Origin: Candidatus Woesearchaeota archaeon
GTDB taxonomy: Archaea > Nanobdellota > Nanobdellia > Pacearchaeales > GW2011-AR1
Length of the DNA: 24,000 nucleotides
NCBI GenBank assembly: GCA_964468255.1
Contig: CAYXTB010000004.1
Coordinates: 1 to 24,000, forward strand
Reading direction: 5' to 3'
A program made the translations under genes and the position numbers. The notes beneath the pieces were generated by a model, which saw only the letters and a list, made by a program, of their open reading frames with translations, was not told the origin of the DNA and did not search any database. This document shows positions 8,394 to 16,713 of the stretch, piece by piece (within the stretch, counting starts at the first letter, position 1; the number at the start of each line of letters is the position of its first letter).

Positions 8394-9486
8394 AAGTGAA
8401 TTAAGACAGAAGGAAAACAGAGAAATCAGCGGGCTGGATGAGCTTAGCGAGGCTGAAATAGAAGTTTATGGAAGAGTGCAGGGAGTTAATTTCAGGAATA
8501 CAATAAAAGGAAAAGCCCAAGATATGGGATTGAAAGGTTATGTCAGGAATCTTGAAAATGGCTATGTATTGATAGTTTCCCAAGGAGAAAAAAATAAGAT
8601 TCAAGAGCTTATAGCATGGGCGAAATCAAGCCCTGGTTTTTCAAGCGTAGATTCTGTGCAGTGCCAGTGGAAAAAAGCAAAGGTAAAATACCAGGGGTTT
8701 GAAATAATGGGGGAAAGCAGCCTGCTGGTTGACCAGGCAAAAAGCTTTCTCAATTTAGGGAAGAGGCTGGTTGAAAACAAGCAGAAAATACCAAGGCACG
8801 TTTCTATAATTCCTGATGGAAACAGGAGATGGGCCTGGGAGAAAGGATTGCATGCAAGCTATGGGCATTATACTGCTGGGAGCTACGAGCATATTTTTGA
8901 ATTATTCCACGAAGCTATGAATATGGGGGTAAAATATTTCTCTTTGTGGGGGTTTTCCACTGAAAATTGGAATAGGAGCGATGAGGAGATTAAAGCAATT
9001 TTTGATTTGATTTTGAATGGAATGGACAAGATGCGGGAAGAGTTTCACAAGCACAGCATAAGATTTAGGCACATAGGCAGGAGAGACAGGCTGCCTAAAA
9101 ATTTGGTAAAAGAACTGGAAAAATTAGAAGACGAAACTTCTGACTACAGAGATTTTAATGTGCAGTTATGCCTAGATTATGGGGGGAGGGATGAAATAGT
9201 GAGAGCAGTAAATAAGATGCTAAAATCTGGAATAAAGGAAATAAATGAAGAGACGTTTAAGAGCTACCTTGACACAGCAGATATTCCTGACCCTGATTTA
9301 ATAATAAGGACTTCGGGAGAAAAGCGCACTAGTGGCATTATGCCTTTTCAGGCTGCTTACGCAGAACTTCATTTCTGCGATGTTTATTTTCCTGAATTTG
9401 ACGCTTTTGAATTGAGAAAGGCAATCAAGAGCTTTGGAAAAAGGATAAGAAGGTTCGGTGGGACTGCGAAGGAAGATTTGAAGTGA
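8371..9486 (+). CDS. uppS: acylphosphatase-domain / cis-prenyltransferase (undecaprenyl-diphosphate synthase family) fusion protein
   Basis: aa ~28-112 match both acylphosphatase signatures as I recall them (VYGRVQGVNFR; GYVRNLENGYVLIVSQG). aa ~138-371 carry UppS motifs (HVSIIPDGNRRWA, FSLWGFSTENWNRS, LCLDYGGRDEIV, DLIIRTSGEKRTSG...AYAELHF). GGAGG at 8356-8360 precedes the ATG, and the gene overlaps the DHH gene by 23 nt. Confidence 0.8.
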   Translation: MKSIQGNRSELRQKENREISGLDELSEAEIEVYGRVQGVNFRNTIKGKAQDMGLKGYVRNLENGYVLIVSQGEKNKIQELIAWAKSSPGFSSVDSVQCQWKKAKVKYQGFEIMGESSLLVDQAKSFLNLGKRLVENKQKIPRHVSIIPDGNRRWAWEKGLHASYGHYTAGSYEHIFELFHEAMNMGVKYFSLWGFSTENWNRSDEEIKAIFDLILNGMDKMREEFHKHSIRFRHIGRRDRLPKNLVKELEKLEDETSDYRDFNVQLCLDYGGRDEIVRAVNKMLKSGIKEINEETFKSYLDTADIPDPDLIIRTSGEKRTSGIMPFQAAYAELHFCDVYFPEFDAFELRKAIKSFGKRIRRFGGTAKEDLK

Positions 9487-9533
9487 TAACTGAAATAAAT
9501 AGTTGTATATCGCAATAAAGAATAAAGTCAATA

Positions 9534-9541
9534 TTTATAAA
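9534..9541 (+). promoter_or_regulatory. TATA box (TTTATAAA), probable promoter of the dys transcript
   Basis: The box starts 29 nt upstream of an ATG at 9563, which opens only a 9-codon ORF. There is no TATA at -29 of the dys ATG (9650), so dys probably has an ~87-nt leader. Confidence 0.4.
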
Positions 9542-9588
9542 GCACTATTTTTTGTTAGTATAATGGATGACAGCGTCAGGGCAAAATC

Positions 9589-9602
9589 ATAAGAATTCTT
9601 AT
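9589..9602. promoter_or_regulatory. perfect 14-bp palindrome ATAAGAATTCTTAT in the dys leader
   Basis: The sequence is its own reverse complement and lies 48 nt upstream of ATG 9650. Confidence 0.35.
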
Positions 9603-9649
9603 AATAGTTTTATCTAAATTTCATCCAATCAAATATTCTAAATAATAAA

Positions 9650-10660
9650 ATGACTAATAAAAATAATAACGAGAAAATTGCAAGGAAGAACCTGCTTAGA
9701 AAAAGCTCTGAAATAACAGGGAGAGCAATAAAAGGATACGATTTCAACAATGGTGTTGATTATTCTGATATTTTGAAGAGCTATAAAAGCACAGGATTTC
9801 AGGCAGCTAATTTTTCCAGAGCTGTTGAAATAACTAGAAAAATGATTGATGATAAGGCAACTATATTCTTGGGGTATACGTCAAATATGGTTTCTTCAGG
9901 AATTAGAGATATTATAAGGTATCTTGTACAGCACAAAAAAGTTGATGTTCTTGTTACAACAGCAGGGGGCATAGAAGAAGATTTTATAAAATGCATGGGT
10001 GATTTTATCCTTGGAGATTTTAGGGCTTCTGGAAAAGAGCTGAGAAAAAAAGGCATTAACAGAATTGGCAATATTTATGTTTCTAATAACAGGTATGTTG
10101 AATTTGAGTCATGGCTGCAGCCTATCCTTGAAGAATTATACCAAGAAAGCAAGAAAACAGGAAAAGTTCTTTGTGGAAGTGATTTGATATGGAAATTGGG
10201 GGAGAAGATAAATAATAAAGAGAGTATTTACTATTGGGCGTGGAAAAATAAGATTCCTGTTTTTTGCCCTGCTTTAGGGGATGGAGCTTTAGGAGATAAT
10301 ATTTACTTTTTTAGCTTTAAGCATCCAGAGTTTGTAATTGATATAGTTGAGGATATTAAGAGGCTGAATAATACAACTATCGGATTAAAGAAATCTGGGG
10401 TTATAATCTTGGGCTCTGGTGTTGTTAAGCACAGCATTTTGAATGCTAATATGCTTCGTAATGGAGCTGATTATGCTGTTTATATAAATACTGATGAAGA
10501 ATACGATGGAAGCGATTCAGGAGCATTGCCAGAAGAAGCAGTCTCCTGGGGGAAGATATTGCCTGATGCAGAGAGCGTGAAGGTTTTTGCTGATGCAACG
10601 ATTGTTTTCCCCCTGCTTGCTGCTGAAACATTTGCTAAATGCAAAAATAACAATAATTAA
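9650..10660 (+). CDS. dys: deoxyhypusine synthase
   Basis: [57 protein letters not shown] and VSWGK are the conserved DHS blocks. The size is typical (336 aa). Confidence 0.88.
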   Translation: MTNKNNNEKIARKNLLRKSSEITGRAIKGYDFNNGVDYSDILKSYKSTGFQAANFSRAVEITRKMIDDKATIFLGYTSNMVSSGIRDIIRYLVQHKKVDVLVTTAGGIEEDFIKCMGDFILGDFRASGKELRKKGINRIGNIYVSNNRYVEFESWLQPILEELYQESKKTGKVLCGSDLIWKLGEKINNKESIYYWAWKNKIPVFCPALGDGALGDNIYFFSFKHPEFVIDIVEDIKRLNNTTIGLKKSGVIILGSGVVKHSILNANMLRNGADYAVYINTDEEYDGSDSGALPEEAVSWGKILPDAESVKVFADATIVFPLLAAETFAKCKNNNN

Positions 10661-10663
10661 AAA
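10656..10663 (+). promoter_or_regulatory. TATA box (ATTAAAAA) for gatB, overlapping the dys stop codon
   Basis: The box starts 29 nt upstream of ATG 10685. The same ATTAAAAA box sits at -29 of aspS and the HIT gene. Confidence 0.5.
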
Positions 10664-10684
10664 CACCCTAGTTCTTTTTGAAAT

Positions 10685-12070
10685 ATGAGGGATATGCAAA
10701 AACAAGAACTCAAAAAGCCGTTGCAGGGCATGATTGGCCTGGAAATACACGTTTATCTTGTTACAAGAGAGAAGCTGTTTTGCAGATGTGCGGCGCACAG
10801 GGAGCGGGGGACAAGATCGAACACATTCGTGTGCCCGATATGCACGGGGCAGCCAGGAGCAAAGCCGATGCTGCCGAATAAAAGCGCTGTTGAAAAGGCT
10901 GTGCAGATTGGACTTATGCTTGAATGCCAGATTAATTCTGATTTGAAATGGCAGAGAAAGCATTATAATTGGCCTGATTTGCCTAAAGGATACCAAAATA
11001 CTTTATCTGGAGCAAAAGCAGTTCCTGTTGGAGAAAGAGGAAAGTTTTATGGAATAAGAATAAGAAGTATGCATTTGGAGGAGGATCCTGCTTCATGGAA
11101 CCCTGAAACAGGAGAAATTGATTATAATAGGTCTGGATTGCCTTTAGCTGAGATAATAACTGAGCCGGATTTTTCTACTGCAGAAGAAGTTGTTGAATGG
11201 CTGCAGAAATTATTATTAAATTTGAGTTATTTAAAAGCAGTTGATTCTAATGCTGGAATTAAAGTTGATGTTAACGTTAATATAATGGGAAAAACAGAAA
11301 GGGTAGAAATAAAAAATATAAGCTCTCTTGAATCAATTAAAAGCGCAATTGAATATGATTTGCAGAGACAAGTAAAAGAAGGAGGAAAGCAAAAAGAAAC
11401 AAGAAGGTGGAATGATTTAAAGGGAAAAACAGAAATAATGAGAGCAAAGGAAGAGCAGGATGATTATAGATTTATTTCTGATCCTGATTTGCAAGAGATT
11501 ATTATTAAAAAAGAATTTGTTCATGTACAGAAAAAGAAGATTCCTGAAAGTCCTGAGGAAAAATTAGATAAATTAATTAAAAAGTACAAAATTAATAAGA
11601 AAAATGCCGGGATTTTGGCAAGCAACATTGATTTAGTCGAATTTTTTGAGAAAGTGGCTAATAAGATAGACGCCAAATTTGCTCTTTCTTGGGTGTCAAT
11701 AGAGCTTTTGAGATTTTTGAATTATAACAGAATAATGCTGGATAAAATTGATATTAAAGCAGAGCATTTTGTTGCTTTGCTGAAACTGGTAAAAGAAGGA
11801 AAAATTACGCCTTTGAAAGCTAAAGAGATTCTGAACAAGTTTTATCCGAGGAGCTTCATGCCTTCTGCTTCTGAAGGCAAGATTTCTGATGTAGGGCAAT
11901 TGAAGAAAGTGATAGAAAAAGTTATTGCTGAAAACAAGAAAGCTGTTGAAGATTACAAAAAAGGAGAGAAGAACGCTTTTAATTATTTGATGGGCAAGGT
12001 TATGTCTGCTACTGGAAAAAGAGCTGATTTTAAGATTGCAAGGCAGCTACTGCAAAAGTTATTGAAATGA
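10685..12070 (+). CDS. gatB: aspartyl/glutamyl-tRNA amidotransferase subunit B
   Basis: GLEIHVYL...KLFCRC...VCPICTGQPGAKPMLN, HLEEDPAS, GLPLAEIITEPD, ETRRWN...MRAKEEQDDYRFISDPDL, and a C-terminal YqeY-like tail (NYLMGKVM). At 461 aa the length is GatB-typical. Confidence 0.88.
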   Translation: MRDMQKQELKKPLQGMIGLEIHVYLVTREKLFCRCAAHRERGTRSNTFVCPICTGQPGAKPMLPNKSAVEKAVQIGLMLECQINSDLKWQRKHYNWPDLPKGYQNTLSGAKAVPVGERGKFYGIRIRSMHLEEDPASWNPETGEIDYNRSGLPLAEIITEPDFSTAEEVVEWLQKLLLNLSYLKAVDSNAGIKVDVNVNIMGKTERVEIKNISSLESIKSAIEYDLQRQVKEGGKQKETRRWNDLKGKTEIMRAKEEQDDYRFISDPDLQEIIIKKEFVHVQKKKIPESPEEKLDKLIKKYKINKKNAGILASNIDLVEFFEKVANKIDAKFALSWVSIELLRFLNYNRIMLDKIDIKAEHFVALLKLVKEGKITPLKAKEILNKFYPRSFMPSASEGKISDVGQLKKVIEKVIAENKKAVEDYKKGEKNAFNYLMGKVMSATGKRADFKIARQLLQKLLK

Positions 12071-12142
12071 CGGATCTCTATTGCATTTTGCTTTAGGAAT
12101 GTTTAAATTCATTAAAATTGTAATACTTTTAAAGGTGATAAA

Positions 12143-12985
12143 ATGCTATACTTTCCTATAATAGGCTCTTTCTTGGAAGCTGTTGGGACAGTACTTCAGA
12201 AGAAAATCTTGAAGGAAAAAGAAATTAATTACAGGAATTATTCTGCGTTTGAGTTTTTTTTCATTGTTTTGCTTTCAATTCCCTTTATTTATTTTATGTG
12301 GGGAATAGAAAGGGATGCCTTTTTGCTGAGAAACGTTTTAATATTTGCATCTATAGTGATTGTTTCTGTTGTTGCCAATCTTGTGATTGCGTATTCTTTA
12401 AAAAGAGAGGATATTAGTGAGTTTGAGCCAATCTGGCTTATGCAGCCTTTATTCACAATATTATTGGCTTTTATTTTCTTTGAAAACGAGAGAAATTGGA
12501 ATATTTTTGCGCTATCTTTGATTGCGAGCCTATCTTTAATCTTTTCCCACGTAAAAAAGAGCCATCTGGTTTTTAATAGATATTCTATTGCTACTTTGAT
12601 AGGGAGTTTTTTATTTGCTTTAGAGTTAGTTTTGTCGAATTTTATCCTTGGCTTCTATTCGCCGTTTGTTTTCTATTTCCTAAGATGTTTATTTATTTTT
12701 TTGATTATATTTCTAGTTTTTAGACCTTCTTTTAAAATTTTGAAAAGCAAGACAGGGTGGCTGATGGCTTTGATAGGGCTAATATGGATATTTTATAGAG
12801 CTATAATATATTATGGTTATACGAATATCGGAGTGGTTTATACAACGCTGCTTTTCATACTTTCTGCTGTTTTCATATTCCTTTTTGCGATTGTTTTCTT
12901 GAAGGAAAAACCAAAAGCAGGGCAGATTGTTTCTGCTATTATAATTGTAATCTGCGTCGTGTTGTCTTGGTTTATCGGGAAATAG
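12143..12985 (+). CDS. EamA/DMT-superfamily-like permease (about 10 TM)
   Basis: 280 aa, with about ten hydrophobic segments arranged as two halves. AGGTGAT at 12131-12137, ending 5 nt before the ATG, matches the complement of the archaeal 16S 3' end. The family call is from topology only. Confidence 0.5.
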   Translation: MLYFPIIGSFLEAVGTVLQKKILKEKEINYRNYSAFEFFFIVLLSIPFIYFMWGIERDAFLLRNVLIFASIVIVSVVANLVIAYSLKREDISEFEPIWLMQPLFTILLAFIFFENERNWNIFALSLIASLSLIFSHVKKSHLVFNRYSIATLIGSFLFALELVLSNFILGFYSPFVFYFLRCLFIFLIIFLVFRPSFKILKSKTGWLMALIGLIWIFYRAIIYYGYTNIGVVYTTLLFILSAVFIFLFAIVFLKEKPKAGQIVSAIIIVICVVLSWFIGK

Positions 12986-13061
12986 GGGCGCGTTTGCTTG
13001 TTTTTCAGCAGTTAGATGGATAGAATAAGTTTAAAACTCCTTTTTCGTATAGTTTTATATC

Positions 13062-13161
13062 GGGCCTATAAGTTAATGGATAGACTACTCGGCTTCGGAA
13101 GTATAAGATTTAACTGTGATGAAGGAACCGGGCAATCGGGGTTCGATTCCCTGTAGGCCTA
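13062..13161 (+). tRNA. tRNA-Arg (anticodon UCG) with a 28-nt intron at the canonical 37/38 position
   Basis: - Acceptor GGGCCTA/TAGGCCT (G1-U72) plus discriminator A.
- D arm AGTT-AATGGATA-GACT.
- Anticodon stem CTCGG/CCGGG; loop CT-TCG-G|intron|A, with the anticodon at 13095-13097.
- Intron at 13099-13126.
- T arm CGGGG-TTCGATT-CCCTG.
- A CUUC/GAAG 4-bp helix flanked by 3-nt bulges forms a BHB motif.
- No encoded CCA. A T6 run follows. Confidence 0.85.
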
Positions 13162-13167
13162 TTTTTT
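13162..13167 (+). terminator. oligo-T (T6) directly after the tRNA
   Basis: The T-run begins at the base after the discriminator. Confidence 0.5.
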
Positions 13168-13175
13168 CTTAGTGT

Positions 13176-13703
13176 TTATACAAAATTTTTGTATTCTACG
13201 GCCCTTTCTGTTCTTGCTATTGTACTATCTTCAGAATTTTGGGGTAGAATGTTTAATTCAATAGCTAATTCTACTTCTTTATATGGTCTATCATAATAAA
13301 ATAAGTTTCTATTGACTTCTTCCTCATTTTCAGGCACATAAGTAAGTAAAGGGTGTTTTTTCTCATATCTAGGGATTAGAGCAGTTACTTTGTCTCCTCT
13401 TTTAACACTTGAAATGCCGTTGAAAACAAGAGTTCTAACTGGTATAGAATTGAATGGTCTGACCTCCATAGTAACTATAGTTGAATACCCTGTGTTATAA
13501 ATAGGCGATTTTCCTCCTATACGCATCTCAGATATAGGAGTATGGGAACAGGAGAGTGACTGCTGGATAACTGATAAGACCTGAAAAGTTTCATGCACTA
13601 ATAATTGTTCAAGAGGCTTTGAATTTCTTGTTAATTCTTCTAATTCTCTTTTTCTGTTTTCTTTTATTTTTCTTCGTACTTCTATAGCGTCCATAGGTGA
13701 CAT
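13176..13703 (-). CDS. hypothetical protein (175 aa), no recognisable family
   Basis: The ORF is clean, and a minus-strand TATA (TTTTATAT, 13725-13732) starts exactly 29 nt upstream of ATG 13703. It is convergent with the tRNA. Confidence 0.55.
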   Translation of the reverse strand: MSPMDAIEVRRKIKENRKRELEELTRNSKPLEQLLVHETFQVLSVIQQSLSCSHTPISEMRIGGKSPIYNTGYSTIVTMEVRPFNSIPVRTLVFNGISSVKRGDKVTALIPRYEKKHPLLTYVPENEEEVNRNLFYYDRPYKEVELAIELNILPQNSEDSTIARTERAVEYKNFV

Positions 13704-13760
13704 AAATTCATAGTTGAATTACCAATATAAAAAGATTGTTGTGATAGCGGAATAATAAGG

Positions 13761-13768
13761 TTTAATAA
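13761..13768 (+). promoter_or_regulatory. BRE/TATA (aaGGTTTAATAA) for proS-gatD
   Basis: The TATA starts 30 nt upstream of ATG 13791. Confidence 0.55.
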
Positions 13769-13790
13769 ACCTCTTATATTTTAAGATAAA

Positions 13791-15266
13791 ATGCTCAAGA
13801 AGGAAGAAGCCGCAGATAACAAAGGCTTGACAGCCAAGAAAAATCTTGATTTTTCTGAATGGTATACACAGCTTGTTCAGAAGGCAGAGCTTGCAGACTT
13901 AAGATATAATGTAAAAGGTTTTCTTGTATTTCAGCCTTGGTCTGTTTTGGCGATGGAGAAAATGTACAAAATTTTTGAATCTGTTCTTCAAAGGAAAGGA
14001 CACAAACCTTATTGGTATCCAACACTTATACCCGAGAGCAATTTGAAGAAAGAAGTAGAGCATGTCAAAGGATTTATACCTGAAGTATTTTGGGTGACCG
14101 AGGCGGGGGATGAAAAACTTACAGAGAGACTTGCTCTAAGGCCGACTTCAGAGACTGCTTTCTATCAGATGTTTTCATTATGGATAAGAAGCTATAATGA
14201 TTTGCCCTTTAAGACATACCAGAGAGCAAATGTGTTTAGGTATGAGACAAAAGCAACGAGACCATTTTTGAGAAGCAGGGAGTTTCATTGGATTGAGACG
14301 CATTGTGCCTTTGCCAGAGAAGAAGATGCCATGAAACAAGTACATGACGACATGGCAACAACTGAGGAAGTTTTACACGGCATCTTTGGTTTGCCCCTTA
14401 TATTTTTTGAGAGGCCTAGTTGGGATAGATTTCCAGGAGCGCATAGGACTTTTGCTGCAGATGTTTTGAATCCTGATGGAAGAGTTGTGCAACAGCCTTC
14501 TACACATTTACTTTCTCAAGCATTTGCAAAAGCTTTTGATGTTAAATTCAAAGACAGAGACGGAAAGGATAAATACACTTGGATTACTTGTTATGGTCCT
14601 GCCATTTCTAGAATATTTGCAAGTATAGTTATTGTTCATGGTGATGATAAAGGATTAAGATTTCCTTTTGAAATAGCGCCTTTGCAGATTGCAATTGTTC
14701 CAATTAGTGATGATGTAAAAATAGCCGAAAAAGCAATTAATATCACAAGTAAAATAAAAACTAAGACCGGCTTTTCTGTTGAAGCTGATTTCAGCCAAAA
14801 AAGCGCTGGAGAAAAATTCAATTATTGGGAAATGAAGGGGGTTCCTATCAGAATCGATATAGGATTAAAAGATATTAAGGAAAAAAGCGTCACTGTTTTT
14901 AGAAGAGATACTAATGAGAAGAAAACTATAAGAGAGGAGAATCTTTTAGATTACATTAATAAAATCTCTGAAGAATTCACAAAGAATTTGATTAAACAGG
15001 CTGATAAGATATTTGATGACAGAGTAAAACACGCCGAGGGCATTAAAACTATTAAAAAAATAGTTGATAAAGGTGGAATTGCCCGGTGTGGTTTTTGTTC
15101 TATTGATAAAGAGGGAGAGAAATGTGCTGAAAAGATAGAAAAAGAAGTTGGGGCGAAAGTTCGAGGAAGAAAATTTGATGAAATAAACAAAATGAAAGCA
15201 TTTGGAAAGTGTATTGGATGCGGGAAAGAGGCGAAAGAAATAGTTTATATCGCAAGGGAGTATTGA
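13791..15266 (+). CDS. proS: prolyl-tRNA synthetase (archaeal/eukaryotic type)
   Basis: Class II motifs are present (LALRPTSETAFY, FRYETKATRPFLRSREFHWIE, GPAISRIF). There is an anticodon-binding domain and a C-terminal Cys-rich domain ending in ...IAREY. Confidence 0.9.
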   Translation: MLKKEEAADNKGLTAKKNLDFSEWYTQLVQKAELADLRYNVKGFLVFQPWSVLAMEKMYKIFESVLQRKGHKPYWYPTLIPESNLKKEVEHVKGFIPEVFWVTEAGDEKLTERLALRPTSETAFYQMFSLWIRSYNDLPFKTYQRANVFRYETKATRPFLRSREFHWIETHCAFAREEDAMKQVHDDMATTEEVLHGIFGLPLIFFERPSWDRFPGAHRTFAADVLNPDGRVVQQPSTHLLSQAFAKAFDVKFKDRDGKDKYTWITCYGPAISRIFASIVIVHGDDKGLRFPFEIAPLQIAIVPISDDVKIAEKAINITSKIKTKTGFSVEADFSQKSAGEKFNYWEMKGVPIRIDIGLKDIKEKSVTVFRRDTNEKKTIREENLLDYINKISEEFTKNLIKQADKIFDDRVKHAEGIKTIKKIVDKGGIARCGFCSIDKEGEKCAEKIEKEVGAKVRGRKFDEINKMKAFGKCIGCGKEAKEIVYIAREY

Positions 15267-15267
15267 C

Positions 15268-16545
15268 ATGGCAGCATTGAACTTTTCACCTGGGGATTAT
15301 GTCCGCTTGCGGTTAGCATTGAAGGAGATAGAAGGCAGGGTTTTGGAAAGTCCTGACAATAGCATTTTACTTTTAAAGCTAAGGTCAGGATATAACATAG
15401 GAATTCCTAGGGAAAATATTCTTGCTGGGAGGGCTTTGCGCAAATACAAGGAAGAGAAGAAAGAGATAAAAGAAATTCCTTTAGTGAAGGGAAAGGGAAA
15501 TATAGGGCTTGTTATTACAGGAGGAACTATTGCTTCTAAGCTTGATGCAAGGACAGGAGCTGTCAAGCCTTTGACTGATGTTAGTGAGTTTGCCAAGTTT
15601 TATCCAGAGCTGTTTGAGATGGTGAATGTTAAGAGGATTGAAGTTCCTTTCATGATTGCTTCTGAAAGCATGGATAGCTCGCACTGGATTAAAATAGCTG
15701 AAAAAGTCAAAGAGATGTTAGATGATTCAAGCATAGAAGGAGTTGTCGTGACTCATGGCACTGATACTTTGGGATATACAAGCGCTGCCCTTTCATTTTT
15801 TCTTCGCAATTTGAATAAGCCAGTAGTATTAACATATTCGCAGAGGAGCATTGATCGTGCATCGAGTGATGCTAATTTGAATTTGCAGTGCGCTGCCCTC
15901 TTTGCTTTGAGCGATTGCGCTGAAGTGGTTCTTGTTGGGCATGGAAGCATTAATGACGATTTTTGCTATGCTCTTAGAGGAACTAAAGTCAGGAAAATGC
16001 ATTCTTCAAGGAGAGATGCTTTCAAGGCAGTTAACGCAGAGCCTATTGCTAAGATTTGGCCAGACAGAGTTGAATTTTTGTCTGAGCATAGGCCGAGAAA
16101 TAATGATAAAGTTGAATTAGACACAGAATTTACAGACAAAGTTGCTCTTGTTAAATTTTATCCTGGGCAGACTCCAGATATTTTAGATTTTTATGCTCTG
16201 AAGCATAAAGGAATTGTGCTTGAAGTTTTAGGTCTTGGGCATGTTGCGTCATCTGATTCATTACAGAGCTGGGTTCCTGCGTTGAAGAAACATATTAGGA
16301 ATGGATTGATAGTTTGCGCTGCTGCGCAGACGATTTATGGAAGGCTTGACCCCTTGGTTTATAGCAATGGGCGGGAATTGTTGGATGCTGGAGTTATATT
16401 TTTGGAAGATATGCTAAGCGAGACAGCACTTGTCAAATTGGGCTTTGTGCTTGGGCATTATGGCTGGAAGAAAAATGTGAAAGAGAAAATGCTAGAAAAC
16501 ATGGAAGGCGAGATTAATGAAAGGCTAGGAACAGAATTTATTTAA
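15268..16545 (+). CDS. gatD: glutamyl-tRNA(Gln) amidotransferase subunit D
   Basis: Asparaginase-type motifs are present (VITGGTIASKLD, VVTHGTDTLGYT), preceded by the GatD-specific N-terminal domain. The ATG lies 1 nt after the proS stop, so the two are coupled. Confidence 0.9.
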   Translation: MAALNFSPGDYVRLRLALKEIEGRVLESPDNSILLLKLRSGYNIGIPRENILAGRALRKYKEEKKEIKEIPLVKGKGNIGLVITGGTIASKLDARTGAVKPLTDVSEFAKFYPELFEMVNVKRIEVPFMIASESMDSSHWIKIAEKVKEMLDDSSIEGVVVTHGTDTLGYTSAALSFFLRNLNKPVVLTYSQRSIDRASSDANLNLQCAALFALSDCAEVVLVGHGSINDDFCYALRGTKVRKMHSSRRDAFKAVNAEPIAKIWPDRVEFLSEHRPRNNDKVELDTEFTDKVALVKFYPGQTPDILDFYALKHKGIVLEVLGLGHVASSDSLQSWVPALKKHIRNGLIVCAAAQTIYGRLDPLVYSNGRELLDAGVIFLEDMLSETALVKLGFVLGHYGWKKNVKEKMLENMEGEINERLGTEFI

Positions 16546-16623
16546 TCTTATAGATTTTTCTTTCACTCTTGCAAAAACGCCGTCTGCACCCGTGCTAAAA
16601 TTTGTTAATTCAAGGATTTTCAT
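16525..16623 (-). CDS. candidate leaderless 32-aa ORF (MKILELTNFSTGADGVFARVKEKSIRLNKFCS), or simply an antisense transcript start
   Basis: It is absent from the ORF track because it is too short. A minus-strand TATA (TTTATAAT, 16645-16652) begins exactly 29 nt upstream of ATG 16623. The 3' 21 nt overlap the gatD stop region. Confidence 0.25.
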   Translation of the reverse strand: MKILELTNFSTGADGVFARVKEKSIRLNKFCS

Positions 16624-16681
16624 ATATTTTTTAGAAAAGAGAAGATTATAAAGTATGGCTTTTCGGAACGAGGAGAATTTA

Positions 16682-16704
16682 TTGTAACTATTTAAGAGTT
16701 ACAA
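16682..16704. promoter_or_regulatory. inverted repeat TTGTAAC-N9-GTTACAA between divergent promoters
   Basis: The 7-bp perfect arms are at 16682-16688 and 16698-16704. They end 10 bp upstream of the TATA box of the NTase gene. Confidence 0.4.
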
Positions 16705-16713
16705 GTAGAAAGG

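Noticed and set aside
10517-10996. 159-aa minus-strand ORF and two plus-strand ORFs (10678-10881, 10734-10946) at the dys/gatB junction
   Set aside because: All three overlap well-supported dys/gatB reading frames, and their translations are not protein-like. They exist only because the local ~53% GC patch depletes stop codons.
13099-13126. GUGAUGA (a C-box-like heptamer) inside the tRNA-Arg intron, suggesting an intron-encoded C/D box sRNA
   Set aside because: The intron is only 28 nt, with no D box (CUGA) and no room for a guide. The heptamer overlaps the GAAG strand of the BHB helix, which explains its presence.
13062-13703. The tRNA gene as an attachment site for an integrated element (the unknown 175-aa gene sits directly 3' of it)
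   Set aside because: There is no integrase or recombinase. I could not spot a direct repeat of the tRNA 3' half elsewhere in the window. The flanking gene is followed immediately by housekeeping proS.
14946-15596. Minus-strand ORFs antisense to proS/gatD (14946-15269, 14951-15190, 15297-15596, 15481-15684)
   Set aside because: These are shadow ORFs opposite highly confident synthetase and amidotransferase genes, with no start signals. The same reasoning applies to the other antisense or out-of-frame ORFs in the track:
- 248-433
- 4406-4624
- 5581-5787
- 6787-6972
- 7665-8095
- 8401-8604
- 9298-9531
- 9799-10071
- 10446-10631
- 11696-11899
- 13795-14025
- 14636-14821
- 15753-16120
- 17815-18057
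- 18174-18443
- 20007-20219
- 20341-20523
- 20798-21824
- 23099-23356
- 23421-23606
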